Source of the DNA: Methanobacteriota archaeon | Lineage (GTDB): Archaea; Thermoplasmatota; Poseidoniia; Poseidoniales; Thalassarchaeaceae | Length of the DNA stretch: 45,876 nucleotides | Assembly (NCBI GenBank): GCA_002730095.1 | Contig: PBZE01000047.1 | Coordinates: forward strand, 1 to 45,876 | Reading direction: 5' to 3' | Shown here: positions 1 through 9,607 of the stretch, one piece after another | How the letters are laid out: every line of letters begins with the position of its first letter | Position numbering within the stretch: the first letter of the stretch is position 1 | Notes under the pieces: generated by a model | Told to the model about the DNA's origin: nothing | The model's input: only the letters and a program-made list of their open reading frames with translations | Databases searched by the model: none | Position numbers and translations under genes: made by a program

Positions 1-651
1 TATGTCGGTACAGGAATCGCTACCTTGATTGGAAACTCCCAGGTTATTATAGTGACACTGGTAAGCTGGAAGCTCCTAGGGGAGCGACCAAATAGATCCA
101 TTCTACTATCGTTGCCTGTTGTAATATTGGGACTTGCCTTGATTTCAGGAATATGGGATGGGGAGCCTTATGGTGAAGATCCAACAAGAGGGGTGATAGC
201 AGCAGTTTTGGCAGCTTTCTTCTACTCATCATTCCTGATTCTCTACAGGTATTCTAACAGGCAGATGGCTCCTGCTGCCAATGCCCAGCTCGATGCAACA
301 ATAGGCGCAACCATAGGACTTCTTTTACTCAATCTGATGCCACTGGAACCTCTGGGAGTCCAACAGATAGACTTCGAGATAACATGGCCAAGTCACGCTT
401 GGCTCCTAATCCTAGCCTTCACCTGTCAGGTAGCGGGTTGGATAGCAATCACATACGCGCTTCCGCGACTCCCCGGAGCCCATACCTCTTTTGCAGTTCT
501 TATTCAGCCCGTATTGACTATAATTTGGGGTATTTTCCTTCTTGATGAGTCTCCTTCTGCACAGCAGTCAGCTGGTATGATTCTAATTTTTGTAGCAATA
601 ATCGCAGTTACAATGTTTGGTGATGCTAAGGCGAAGCCTGAACCAGTTTAG
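1..651 (+). CDS. DMT/EamA-family transporter (5'-truncated)
   Basis: Frame is open from base 1 (YVGTGIATLIGNSQV...). Multiple TM helices and EamA-like motifs (LLGERP; LIQPVLTIIWGIFLLDE). Confidence 0.85.
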   Translation, partial: YVGTGIATLIGNSQVIIVTLVSWKLLGERPNRSILLSLPVVILGLALISGIWDGEPYGEDPTRGVIAAVLAAFFYSSFLILYRYSNRQMAPAANAQLDATIGATIGLLLLNLMPLEPLGVQQIDFEITWPSHAWLLILAFTCQVAGWIAITYALPRLPGAHTSFAVLIQPVLTIIWGIFLLDESPSAQQSAGMILIFVAIIAVTMFGDAKAKPEPV

Positions 652-767
652 GTGTACAGGGCGAGAGATAATTGCGAAGGGATGGGATGCACTCAGCGAG
701 AACCTATCGGCCCCGTACATAGAGTACTGGAGGTAGGGGATAGATAATCGTTGTCAGGAATAGAGGC

Positions 768-792
768 AAAAAGCGAGTTTTCTCGGCTTTTT
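768..792. terminator. Putative bidirectional intrinsic terminator hairpin
   Basis: AAAAA-GC-GAG-TTTT-CTC-G-GC-TTTTT: short stem flanked by A and T tracts, between convergent genes, 4 nt after the map stop. Confidence 0.5.
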
Positions 793-796
793 CCAA

Positions 797-1810
797 TTAA
801 GATACAGATAGGATTTCTGCTCCGCCTTCCGCGACATATACAGTGTGCTCAAATTGCCCCACATTGCCCCCGTCTTGATCTTTCAACGCAGAATATACCT
901 CTAGGAACCTTATGGATGTCAACTTCTTCACAAGTTGCCCCCATTTCCTTCTTAGCGACTCTTCGTCTTCTTCAGGGAAAGGCTTCTCCAATAGGGGGAA
1001 AGCCCATCTCTCTGCGAAAGGTAGTGTGCTATAACGCTCCTCGATGTAATGAGCCAATCTCGCTCCTAATGGCTTCAGCTTTTTCTTTTCCAATGCGCGT
1101 CTAATCTTCACGTTACCAGTCACCCTAAGGATGTTAGAGGAATTGTGAGGGCTTACATTTTCTACCATTCCACTGCTACCTGTAGTATTGAATGGCTCTA
1201 CAGCGTATATGCCCCCCTCTTCTACTGAGCCCTTGAAACTGGGGTTATTCGCACCACAGGCATACATGGGAATGGACACTCCATCGTGAAGACTCCACCT
1301 CTCCATTTTGTGACCACATAGATTTGAAATTGGCATGAATCCGTAGTCCTTCGATACTTGTTCTGCGGCAGCCCCAACTACATGCCATGGAGTTCCAGGG
1401 TGCATCTTCTCAATCGCGGCATCTCTCGCTTCTCTGGCAGCCTTAATCTGATCAGTATGATTTCCCCCATTCCCCACTTCCAGAGTCATTGCGTTATCTC
1501 CCAATGCGCCTTTGATATGTACTCCAACATCCAGCTTAACCAAATCTCCCTTCTCGAAGACCATTTCTCTTTCCCATCCTTCCGGGGGGCTCAGTTGGGA
1601 ATTGGTTGTGTAATGTGCGGCGAAATCGTTTACTGATATGGTAACGGGAAATGCGGCTTGGCCTCCGTGCCTCCGTATGAACCTCTCAGCTGAATCAATT
1701 ACATCATTCCAGCTCTTTCCAGCCACAATCTCTCCCTTGATCCCCTCAAGGGTTCTTCTGGCCACATGCCCTGCATCCCTCCATTGCTTCAAATCCGATT
1801 CTTCGACCAA
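797..1810 (-). CDS. map: Methionine aminopeptidase, type II
   Basis: AFP..ISVN..AAHYT, KLDVGVHI.G..GD, GH, EPF and QFEHT metal-ligand motifs, plus the type II helical insert (TLPFAERW). Confidence 0.95.
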   Translation of the reverse strand: MVEESDLKQWRDAGHVARRTLEGIKGEIVAGKSWNDVIDSAERFIRRHGGQAAFPVTISVNDFAAHYTTNSQLSPPEGWEREMVFEKGDLVKLDVGVHIKGALGDNAMTLEVGNGGNHTDQIKAAREARDAAIEKMHPGTPWHVVGAAAEQVSKDYGFMPISNLCGHKMERWSLHDGVSIPMYACGANNPSFKGSVEEGGIYAVEPFNTTGSSGMVENVSPHNSSNILRVTGNVKIRRALEKKKLKPLGARLAHYIEERYSTLPFAERWAFPLLEKPFPEEDEESLRRKWGQLVKKLTSIRFLEVYSALKDQDGGNVGQFEHTVYVAEGGAEILSVS

Positions 1811-2391
1811 TCAAAAACCTCCCTTTCTTTGACTAAACCTTCTCTGAGCACCTTCATTCCTGTGGCATCGGGTGTGCCAGTGGAGGATTGCCAAGATATC
1901 AAGGTACTGGGTATGCCGCCCCCACAAATACCGCTAACATAAGGGACACTAATATTCGAAGTAGAAAGAGAACGAGCAGCTTTGGATGTATCTAGGTAGG
2001 GGGCGCTACCAGATAAATTGGCACTGGTTGCTGTCAGAGGTCCAACCCTTTCGATAAGACTCACCGCCACTTCGTGAGACACCACTCTCAATGCCACTCT
2101 ATCTCCGCCAAGCCGACTATCAAGACTGCTCTTGGAGTCCAAGACTACGGTGATGGATCCCTTTGGAAAGAAATCCAATAAATCCTCCACTCCTTTGGGA
2201 ACGTAAGCAATTTCACGTGCCTGCTCTACACTAGAAACTCCCAGACTCACCGGTTGGTCCCTTCCTCTGCCCTTCAATGAATAAAGCAGATCAAGTGCAG
2301 AGCTCTCTGGTATACAACCAAGTGCGGGCTGGGTTGAGGTTGGATAGACTGCACAACCTCCTTGACTCAGGACAGATATTGCTTCTTCCAT
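1789..2391 (-). CDS. tsaC: L-threonylcarbamoyladenylate synthase (TsaC/YrdC/Sua5 family, short form)
   Basis: YPT, KGR, G.ITVV, RV and TSANLSG motifs; no Sua5 C-terminal domain; 22-nt overlap with map. Confidence 0.85.
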   Translation of the reverse strand: MEEAISVLSQGGCAVYPTSTQPALGCIPESSALDLLYSLKGRGRDQPVSLGVSSVEQAREIAYVPKGVEDLLDFFPKGSITVVLDSKSSLDSRLGGDRVALRVVSHEVAVSLIERVGPLTATSANLSGSAPYLDTSKAARSLSTSNISVPYVSGICGGGIPSTLISWQSSTGTPDATGMKVLREGLVKEREVFDWSKNRI

Positions 2392-2396
2392 GGAAT

Positions 2397-2972
2397 CTAC
2401 CTGATATGACGTCTGTTGGCAGGCGGCAGCGAATAGGCGTGTGCCACGATCGAACCCACACTTAGATCTGTATTAGTCTGGTGGGTATGTCTCTGAAAAA
2501 TTCTAGCAACTTCATAGGCTCCGACGTAGATATTGACAACCGGGACTAGAAAAATAAGCTTTCTAAAAGCCCTTTTGTCCCACATCTCACTGGTCATCTC
2601 ACTCCCATCTTCAGCAACCACGGCCAGACCCATAGCCCTCTGTCCAAGAGATCTAGAGAACTTAATCCCCGTCAGCCTCCAATAGAGCCAATGTGATGCT
2701 AGTAAAACGAAACTGTACGCTAGCGAATGATGCGTCGATGATGTCCAAGTCTCCAGAATCCATACGTTCATCAGCTGAAAATTTGTAACTAGCATCAAAA
2801 TAGTAGATACTATCACTACATCTATTGCGTAAGAGGTCCCCCTCCTAGTAGCAGAAGCAAGTATTGTCCCCTCAGGAAGATTCCAGTGTTCAGAATTCTT
2901 CTCAGCTACTATTGCCCTTGCAATTGAGCCCCCTGAAGGGGATAGAGAAATTGGTGAATCGTGCTCTACCAT
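2397..2972 (-). CDS. RDD-family membrane protein
   Basis: LAS..RR..SY.ID, SLGQRAMGL.VV..DG and Q...D....S.V pattern with TM segments. Confidence 0.75.
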   Translation of the reverse strand: MVEHDSPISLSPSGGSIARAIVAEKNSEHWNLPEGTILASATRRGTSYAIDVVIVSTILMLVTNFQLMNVWILETWTSSTHHSLAYSFVLLASHWLYWRLTGIKFSRSLGQRAMGLAVVAEDGSEMTSEMWDKRAFRKLIFLVPVVNIYVGAYEVARIFQRHTHQTNTDLSVGSIVAHAYSLPPANRRHIR

Positions 2973-2981
2973 TGCACTCCC

Positions 2982-4910
2982 TCATCCCATCCCGATGATG
3001 TGCCACGCCTCAAGGTTGTGTTTCCTAGCATGTTCAAGCCAAGCCGACCAATTATCATCTTCTCTCAATGTTGAAGGGTCTCCGATTACTATCAACCCTC
3101 TCTTTGCTCTGGTAAGTGCAACATTCAATCTTCTGGGATCAGAAAGGAATCCTACCCTGCCTTCCGAATTGGACCTCACACATGAGAAAATAATCACCTC
3201 CTTCTCCCTTCCTTGGTAACCGTCAACCGTCTTTACTTCCAAATTTGAGAGGGACTCTGGGAGAACGTCCCGAATCGCCCTAACCTGTGCAGCATATGGA
3301 GTAATGATGCCTATTTCATCCATACCAACCTCTCCGGCATTGATGATGTCTTCAACGATTTTAGCGACCCATGATGCCTCCGTTCTGTTTTCCTTGGAAG
3401 CACCGTCAGGCCCTGCCATCTCCCCTCCCTCTATGGGTAAGAATGCAATCGGCCTCTCCCAGTCAGGCCAAAGAATACCCGCAGGGGCGCTCCTCTCAGA
3501 TTCAGAAACTCCATCCTCCAACTTTCCCGAGTAGAATTGCTGGTTTGGAAATTCAGATATTCCCGGGTGCATACGGTACTGCTTAGACAACAAATGGGGA
3601 ATTACTCCCATGTCCATTACTCGTTCGAAAAGAGATCTCGACAACCCTCCCTCTGAAGACCTTCTTGAGATTACTGTGGGAGAGAGCTGCCTATGATCTC
3701 CGACTAGGACCACCTGTCTCGCTCCCCGTACTATTGGAACTAAGGTGGATGGCTCTGTAGCCTGAGTGGCCTCATCAATCAAAACCTGACTAAATCTTCT
3801 TCCATCCAAGATTTCGTGTCCAGAACCTATGCACGTGCAACAAAGAACCTGGGCCCTATCGAGGATATCATCTCTCATCTGCCCCTCGATTTTCCTCACT
3901 TCCTTCCACCCCCTACTCAGGTCTCTATGGGCGAGCCCCTTCTCCTTGCCACCTCTCATTCCCTTTATTTTCCGACCTAGTTTCTCATTAAGTTCTAGGT
4001 GATCAATCAGATCTTTCCTCAGAGGGTGTTTCTCCATAAGTGCGTCCATAGTCGCTTCCCTCAATCCCTCCCTCACCTTTACTGGCTGACCAAGCCTGAC
4101 TGCCCTCACCCCAAGTTGCAGTAAACCCTCGAGCAAATTATCAACTGCAACATTGGAGTCAGCAACCGCTAAAACTGTTCCAAAATCCTGCTGAGACCAC
4201 GCTTCGATTATTCTAACCGCTGTGTGTGTCTTCCCCGTTCCCGGAGGCCCCTGTATCAGTGTAAGCCTTTGCTGGACTGCTGCCATGGCCGCTTCTTTCT
4301 GCGAATTATTCATCGATGAGTCTAGAGTGAATCTTCTGCCCCTGGAGTTGCCGAGTTGGGGAGGAAGTGATGCAGTTCCCGGAGGATCATGAATAGAGCC
4401 AAGAATCAGGTCCCTAAGGGGAACTCCGCCCTCCTCTTGGAAAATCGAATTTAGAGCGTCTCTCATTCTGTCATATGCAACTCTATTTGCTCCTCTATCC
4501 ATTCTCCAAGAGTCCTTCCTCAGATCAGATGGGGTTTCATTAATTACAATCCTAATCGAATCCCTCCTCCTGTCACTGACTATTGCCTCAATCGGCTTTT
4601 CGGATAGTGGATCGCCCCTGCTAAGCATAACAATATCTCCCTGTCTGAACCTATGTTGTCCTAGATCAGACCTACTCCTCTTCCTTAGTTTCACTATCCT
4701 CTGATCAAAGAGCCATCCGTCTGGTTTCGCGACCAAGTCAAAAAGAGCTAATCCGTTGGAAACAAGCCTCTCCTTAGGCCAATCTCGAAGCCTTTTTTCA
4801 GTAGCAGAGAGCTCGTCGTCAAGCTCCCATCGAATTAATTTCTGATACAGCTCGTGATGATCCTGACTCCTCTTGAAGCGGGCCCTGCGCTCGTCGTCAT
4901 CCGTCTCCAC
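2982..4910 (-). CDS. SF1B helicase, Upf1/IGHMBP2 (DNA2/NAM7)-like
   Basis: QGPPGTGKT, SN.AVD, DEATQ, GDHRQL, QYRMHP, VDGYQGRE, RLNVALTRAK. Confidence 0.93.
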   Translation of the reverse strand: METDDDERRARFKRSQDHHELYQKLIRWELDDELSATEKRLRDWPKERLVSNGLALFDLVAKPDGWLFDQRIVKLRKRSRSDLGQHRFRQGDIVMLSRGDPLSEKPIEAIVSDRRRDSIRIVINETPSDLRKDSWRMDRGANRVAYDRMRDALNSIFQEEGGVPLRDLILGSIHDPPGTASLPPQLGNSRGRRFTLDSSMNNSQKEAAMAAVQQRLTLIQGPPGTGKTHTAVRIIEAWSQQDFGTVLAVADSNVAVDNLLEGLLQLGVRAVRLGQPVKVREGLREATMDALMEKHPLRKDLIDHLELNEKLGRKIKGMRGGKEKGLAHRDLSRGWKEVRKIEGQMRDDILDRAQVLCCTCIGSGHEILDGRRFSQVLIDEATQATEPSTLVPIVRGARQVVLVGDHRQLSPTVISRRSSEGGLSRSLFERVMDMGVIPHLLSKQYRMHPGISEFPNQQFYSGKLEDGVSESERSAPAGILWPDWERPIAFLPIEGGEMAGPDGASKENRTEASWVAKIVEDIINAGEVGMDEIGIITPYAAQVRAIRDVLPESLSNLEVKTVDGYQGREKEVIIFSCVRSNSEGRVGFLSDPRRLNVALTRAKRGLIVIGDPSTLREDDNWSAWLEHARKHNLEAWHIIGMG

Positions 4911-5047
4911 GCCATGTCGTATGAGAGCCCCCTCATCACCATTCCCTGAGATTTATCTCAATACTAGTGACAGACGGACTACTCATATCCCCGTGAGGAT
5001 TATACGATGTGTTTAGTGGAGGTGGATACTAGGGGGGGGATGCGTAG

Positions 5048-6121
5048 GTGTTTGATAGATTCAAATTTAATCGTAAGCCAGTGGAAAATACCATTGAATG
5101 CCCTCTTTGCCAAGAGAAGAATCCGGAAGGATCTGAAATTTGTTCTAGATGTTCTTACCAACTCAACCTAGCCTCTCATCAACAGGCCAGTAATGTCAAC
5201 AAAGAAGAGGCCACAGAACTATTCGACGAACTCCTCTCAGATTTTGAAGAGGATGAAGATGAGGAAGTAGTCGACTGGTCAAGAACAACATTCACCATGG
5301 ACGATGTAACTATCGATGTCAAACAGTATGGGAAAGACGAATCCGTGGTTACCAAGCAGAAGCCAAGCTTCGCTATGACAGTTGATGCCCCCGAACCAGT
5401 AGCAGAAGGAGAAGAAGATGAGGAGTACGAACTAACTCCTGATGATGCTCCAGAGTTCGTAACTAAGTTCGAAGTTCCCGAAGCAGAGGAGGAAAGATTG
5501 GAAGAGATATCAGTACAACAGGTGAATCTGGTTCTACCGACCTCAGAGCCACTTGAGGAAGTTGATGTAGTACCAGCAGAGCAGATACCAGAACCGATTC
5601 AAACGGAGCCTGTAGGGGAGAAAGAGGAAGAAGTTCCAGAGTCCCCTCTCGAGGGAATGGGAGACCTCCCGGAGCCCCAAGATTTACCCAGTCCACCAAT
5701 GGACCTCCCTCCCTTGATGGATGTCGAGATAGCCCCCCCAGAAGTCGATGAAGATCAAGAACCCATGCCAATACCTCCTCCTCCAGATTTATCGATGTTA
5801 GATTCAATCCCTGTCAGTGAGAAGAAAATCGAGAATTTCTGGCCATGGGCCCAACAGGAAGAATGGTCCGGACGAGACGTCGCCCGAAAGGTCAAGTCTG
5901 CTATGGAAGCGGCGAAATCAAAGAATATCGCTCAGGCTACCGTGATGTTAGACGAAGTCGGACCACATCTTGGGGATAGAACGAAGCTAGTATATCCTAT
6001 TGGAGCACTATTACAGAGGATGGGCAGGCCCCAAGCCGTTGACAGATTACTGGATGCTGCCATTCGGGTTCATCCAGAAGATGAATCAATATTGGCTGCA
6101 AAATCGAAGTTGAGGCCTTAA
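5048..6121 (+). CDS. Hypothetical protein: N-terminal zinc ribbon, long acidic/Pro-rich linker, C-terminal TPR-like helices
   Basis: CPLC...CSRC; Glu/Pro-rich low-complexity middle; helical C-terminus ending A.RVHPED; G-rich SD-like tract upstream. Confidence 0.7.
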   Translation: MFDRFKFNRKPVENTIECPLCQEKNPEGSEICSRCSYQLNLASHQQASNVNKEEATELFDELLSDFEEDEDEEVVDWSRTTFTMDDVTIDVKQYGKDESVVTKQKPSFAMTVDAPEPVAEGEEDEEYELTPDDAPEFVTKFEVPEAEEERLEEISVQQVNLVLPTSEPLEEVDVVPAEQIPEPIQTEPVGEKEEEVPESPLEGMGDLPEPQDLPSPPMDLPPLMDVEIAPPEVDEDQEPMPIPPPPDLSMLDSIPVSEKKIENFWPWAQQEEWSGRDVARKVKSAMEAAKSKNIAQATVMLDEVGPHLGDRTKLVYPIGALLQRMGRPQAVDRLLDAAIRVHPEDESILAAKSKLRP

Positions 6122-6166
6122 TCATAATCCGTAGGTATCATTCGATAGACTCCCGTGCGGAGCACC

Positions 6167-6748
6167 ATGAGGCGAGCCACCAGTTCAATCAGGGTGGATG
6201 ATGACCTAGTCCTGAGACCGGCAACGAAATTACGTTCCGATGACATTGTCGAGGCCTTCGAGGAGACATGGCCCGAGGTAAATAGGGCGATGCCATGGAT
6301 TAATCCAGACAATAACCTATCCAATCAGATGTCCGAGTTTCTTTCTGAAACCGAGAGGATGGGCAGGGCCGGGCTACTACATCACTGGGTCATGATTAGG
6401 CCATGGGATAATTCCATCTTGGGACTCATTGGCTTCGATCGTGTAACCAGATCAGGCCAGGCAGATTGGAATCTGGGCTACTGGGTTAGAAGCTCAGAAC
6501 AGAATCATGGTATCGCCAGCAAGTCAATAGAGGCAGTACTAAGATGGATGGGAGAAATTGAGGAGGTTAGTATCGAGCTAAAGGTCGACCCGCTTAACAT
6601 ACCTGGAAAGAGTACTGTAGCAAAGATCGTCAATAAGTGGTCTGGAAGGAGATGCATAGAAGGCGACTCATCGATTACGGTAGCAGGGGCGCGTACCGTG
6701 CATGAATGCCACGTCGTTACTGTCGGCCCAAAAGGTCCGGTTAATTGA
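6167..6748 (+). CDS. GNAT acetyltransferase, RimJ/RimL-like
   Basis: L.LRP, MPW, LGLIGF, NLGYWV....QNHGIA and N..(G) motifs; alternative GTG start at 6155. Confidence 0.8.
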   Translation: MRRATSSIRVDDDLVLRPATKLRSDDIVEAFEETWPEVNRAMPWINPDNNLSNQMSEFLSETERMGRAGLLHHWVMIRPWDNSILGLIGFDRVTRSGQADWNLGYWVRSSEQNHGIASKSIEAVLRWMGEIEEVSIELKVDPLNIPGKSTVAKIVNKWSGRRCIEGDSSITVAGARTVHECHVVTVGPKGPVN

Positions 6749-6818
6749 GCACTATACAATCGAACATTGAATAAACAACCGCTACTCGGAAGTTTGCCCC
6801 AAAGGGGCAGGTGATAGC

Positions 6819-9479
6819 ATGACAGGCCCGAAACCGAGGCAACGGTTACCTGACATTGACCCTGAAGAGACAGATGAGTGGCTAGAGTCATTGAGGTCGG
6901 TGGTCGATTCCCACGGGGTAGAGAGGGCTAGGATGCTCCTCCATGAATTGATGATAGAGGCTAGTGATTTATCGATCCCGATAAGGCCTCCTTCCAGAAC
7001 CCCATATCTGAATACTATTTCTCTGGATCAGCAACCACCGTATCCGGGCGATTTGACTGTTGAGAGAAAGATTCAGAATACAATTCTGTGGAATGCAGCG
7101 GTTGTAGTATCAGACTCCAATCGAAGAATAGACGGATTAGGGGGGCATATTTCGACATACGCTTCAAGCTCCACTCTATACGAGGTGGGATTCAACCACA
7201 TTTTCAGAGGCAAGGAGTACAACGGGATTGGCGATGCCATATACATCCAAGGACATGGAAGCCCAGGAATATATGCGAGGGCATTTCTAGAAGGAAGAAT
7301 ATCTCGTGATCAGATGCTTAATTTCAGACAGGAGGCATTCAAAGATGGACTTTCCTCGTACCCCCATCCAAGATTAATGCCCGAATTCTGGGAATACACT
7401 ACCGTTTCTATGGGACTAGGTCCATTGGGCGCCGTTATGCAAGCAAGGTTCTGGAAGTACCTTCACCAGAGAGGACTTGCAGATACTTCAGAGAGCAGAG
7501 TCTTCGCTTTCCTCGGTGATGGAGAGATGGACGAGCCAGAAGCAATCGCTTCGATCGCAATAGCTGGTAGGGAGAATCTCGATAATCTCATAGTAGTAGT
7601 AAATTGCAATCTTCAGCGTCTCGACGGTCCTGTTCGTGGTAATTCCAAGATAATTCAGGAGTTAGAAGGACTCTACAGAGGTGCTGGTTGGACCGTAATC
7701 AAGGTACTATGGTCTTCAGGGTGGGACCGCATAATGAACGAGGACTCTCTGGGGGTTGTGCTTTCTAGAATCGAAGGAATAAATGATGGCGACTGGCAAA
7801 GGATGAGCACCCTTCCTCCTTCTGAATTTAGAAAGGAATTCTTCTCTGGTGATGAGAAGCTATTCAGTTTGGGAGAGGCATTGTCCGACGATGACATAGA
7901 GAATCTAAGAAGAGGCGGGCACGATCCTCGCAAAGTATACGCTGCATACAAGGCTGCAGAAGCTGCCGAAGGCCCTGCTGTAATACTTTCTCACACAGTC
8001 AAAGGATGGGGAATAGACTCGTTCGAGGGAAGAAACTCAACCCATCAAAAAAAGAAGATGTCAATGGAGGATCTAATTGCCTACCGTGACTCTTTGGAGC
8101 TCCCAATAGAGAATGAGGATCTAGAAGAGAGTCCCTTATTCCATCCAGGAGAAGACTCGGAAGAAATCGAGTACATAGTGAAAAGAAGAGAGCATCTAGG
8201 GGGTTATCTGCCTTCAAGAAAATCCCCAATTATAGGCATAGAGGTGCCGGACGAATCCACCTTTTCTGAATTTGATGAGGGTACCAGAGAAGGGCAACTA
8301 GTCTCAACTACGATGGTATTCGTAAGACTGCTGAGAAAACTCCTCAAGTCTGAGATCGGATCTAGAGTAGTCCCTATTATTCCCGATGAAGGAAGGACAT
8401 TTGGTATGGACCCACTTTTCAGCGAGTTCGGAATTTTCTCACAACATGGGCAGAAATATACCCCTGTCGACCACAAGATGCTAATGAATTACAAAGAATC
8501 TGAATCAGGACAAATAATTCAGGAGGGTATCGCTGAAGCAACATCCATGGCAACATGGACAGCTTCAGCCACCTCCTACTCTCACTCCTCTTCCCCCACT
8601 CTCCCATTCTATACCTTCTACTCTATGTTCGGGTTCCAGAGAACCGCGGATCAAGTATGGGCTGCAGCCGACTCAAGAGCTAGGGGGTTCTTGATGGGGG
8701 CAACAGCAGGTAGAACGACACTCAATGGAGAAGGGCTCCAGCATCAAGACGGGCACAGTCTTCTTTTCGCTTCAACAGTTCCCGGCTGTCGTGCTTGGGA
8801 CCCTGCCTATGCATACGAGCTTGCTACAATAATAAGGCATGGAATTGATGAAATGTGGGGGATGAACAAGGATGTTATCCACTACGTGATGTTGTATAAT
8901 GAGAATCAACAGCAACCCGCTAAGCCAGACGGATCTGATGAGGGGATAATCAAAGGCGCCTACAAAGTTCAAGGATCCAAAAATCCAAATTCTCGTCATG
9001 TGAGAATCTTGGGCTCTGGGCCCATATTGCAATATGCTAGAGATGCAGCATCGATGCTAGAATCCGAGTATGGCATCTCCTCCGATGTTTGGTCGGTCAC
9101 TTCATACGGAGAGCTCAGGAGGGATGGATTGGAGACGGAGCGTCATAACAGGCTAAACCCCCAATCGCAAGAATCTCCATATGTCTCAGATTGTTTTGGA
9201 GATGATACACCAACAATCGCTGTATCAGACTACATCGCAGCGGTTCCTGAGATGATACAGAGATGGGTCGGAGGCAGGTTCACTGTCCTTGGGACTGATG
9301 GCTTTGGAAGGTCAGATACTAGAGAGGAACTCAGAAGATTCTTCGAGATTGATACTAGGAGTATAGTTCTAGCAGCACTTTCAACACTCGAGAGAGAGGG
9401 AGAATTACCTCAAGGAACAGTAAAGGAAGAATCCAAGAAGATGGGAATTGATACTCACAGGGACGACAAGGCGGCCTAA
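6819..9479 (+). CDS. aceE: Pyruvate dehydrogenase E1, homodimeric AceE type
   Basis: DIDPEET.EWL N-terminus, GGHIST, QGH.SPG.YAR, TVSMGLGP, GDGEMDEPE...NCNLQRLDGPV (ThDP motif), YSMFGFQR, GEGLQHQDG, LGTDGFGRSD. Confidence 0.95.
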   Translation: MTGPKPRQRLPDIDPEETDEWLESLRSVVDSHGVERARMLLHELMIEASDLSIPIRPPSRTPYLNTISLDQQPPYPGDLTVERKIQNTILWNAAVVVSDSNRRIDGLGGHISTYASSSTLYEVGFNHIFRGKEYNGIGDAIYIQGHGSPGIYARAFLEGRISRDQMLNFRQEAFKDGLSSYPHPRLMPEFWEYTTVSMGLGPLGAVMQARFWKYLHQRGLADTSESRVFAFLGDGEMDEPEAIASIAIAGRENLDNLIVVVNCNLQRLDGPVRGNSKIIQELEGLYRGAGWTVIKVLWSSGWDRIMNEDSLGVVLSRIEGINDGDWQRMSTLPPSEFRKEFFSGDEKLFSLGEALSDDDIENLRRGGHDPRKVYAAYKAAEAAEGPAVILSHTVKGWGIDSFEGRNSTHQKKKMSMEDLIAYRDSLELPIENEDLEESPLFHPGEDSEEIEYIVKRREHLGGYLPSRKSPIIGIEVPDESTFSEFDEGTREGQLVSTTMVFVRLLRKLLKSEIGSRVVPIIPDEGRTFGMDPLFSEFGIFSQHGQKYTPVDHKMLMNYKESESGQIIQEGIAEATSMATWTASATSYSHSSSPTLPFYTFYSMFGFQRTADQVWAAADSRARGFLMGATAGRTTLNGEGLQHQDGHSLLFASTVPGCRAWDPAYAYELATIIRHGIDEMWGMNKDVIHYVMLYNENQQQPAKPDGSDEGIIKGAYKVQGSKNPNSRHVRILGSGPILQYARDAASMLESEYGISSDVWSVTSYGELRRDGLETERHNRLNPQSQESPYVSDCFGDDTPTIAVSDYIAAVPEMIQRWVGGRFTVLGTDGFGRSDTREELRRFFEIDTRSIVLAALSTLEREGELPQGTVKEESKKMGIDTHRDDKAA

Positions 9480-9481
9480 CT

Positions 9482-9586
9482 ATGAGTAAAGCCAAGAGAG
9501 CTGTAAAATTAATTTCATGGATTTGGAGAAATAAGATCTTTCTTGCTACCATTGGATCTATAATTTCCAAATTTAGACGTAAATAA
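9482..9586 (+). CDS. Putative 34-aa cationic amphipathic small protein (MSKAKRAVKLISWIWRNKIFLATIGSIISKFRRK)
   Basis: Translated by hand: ATG 2 nt after the aceE stop, TAA at 9584-9586; fills most of the intergenic gap; 10 K/R and no D/E. Confidence 0.5.
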   Translation: MSKAKRAVKLISWIWRNKIFLATIGSIISKFRRK

Positions 9587-9607
9587 TGAAATTATCTTAC
9601 TATCTGT

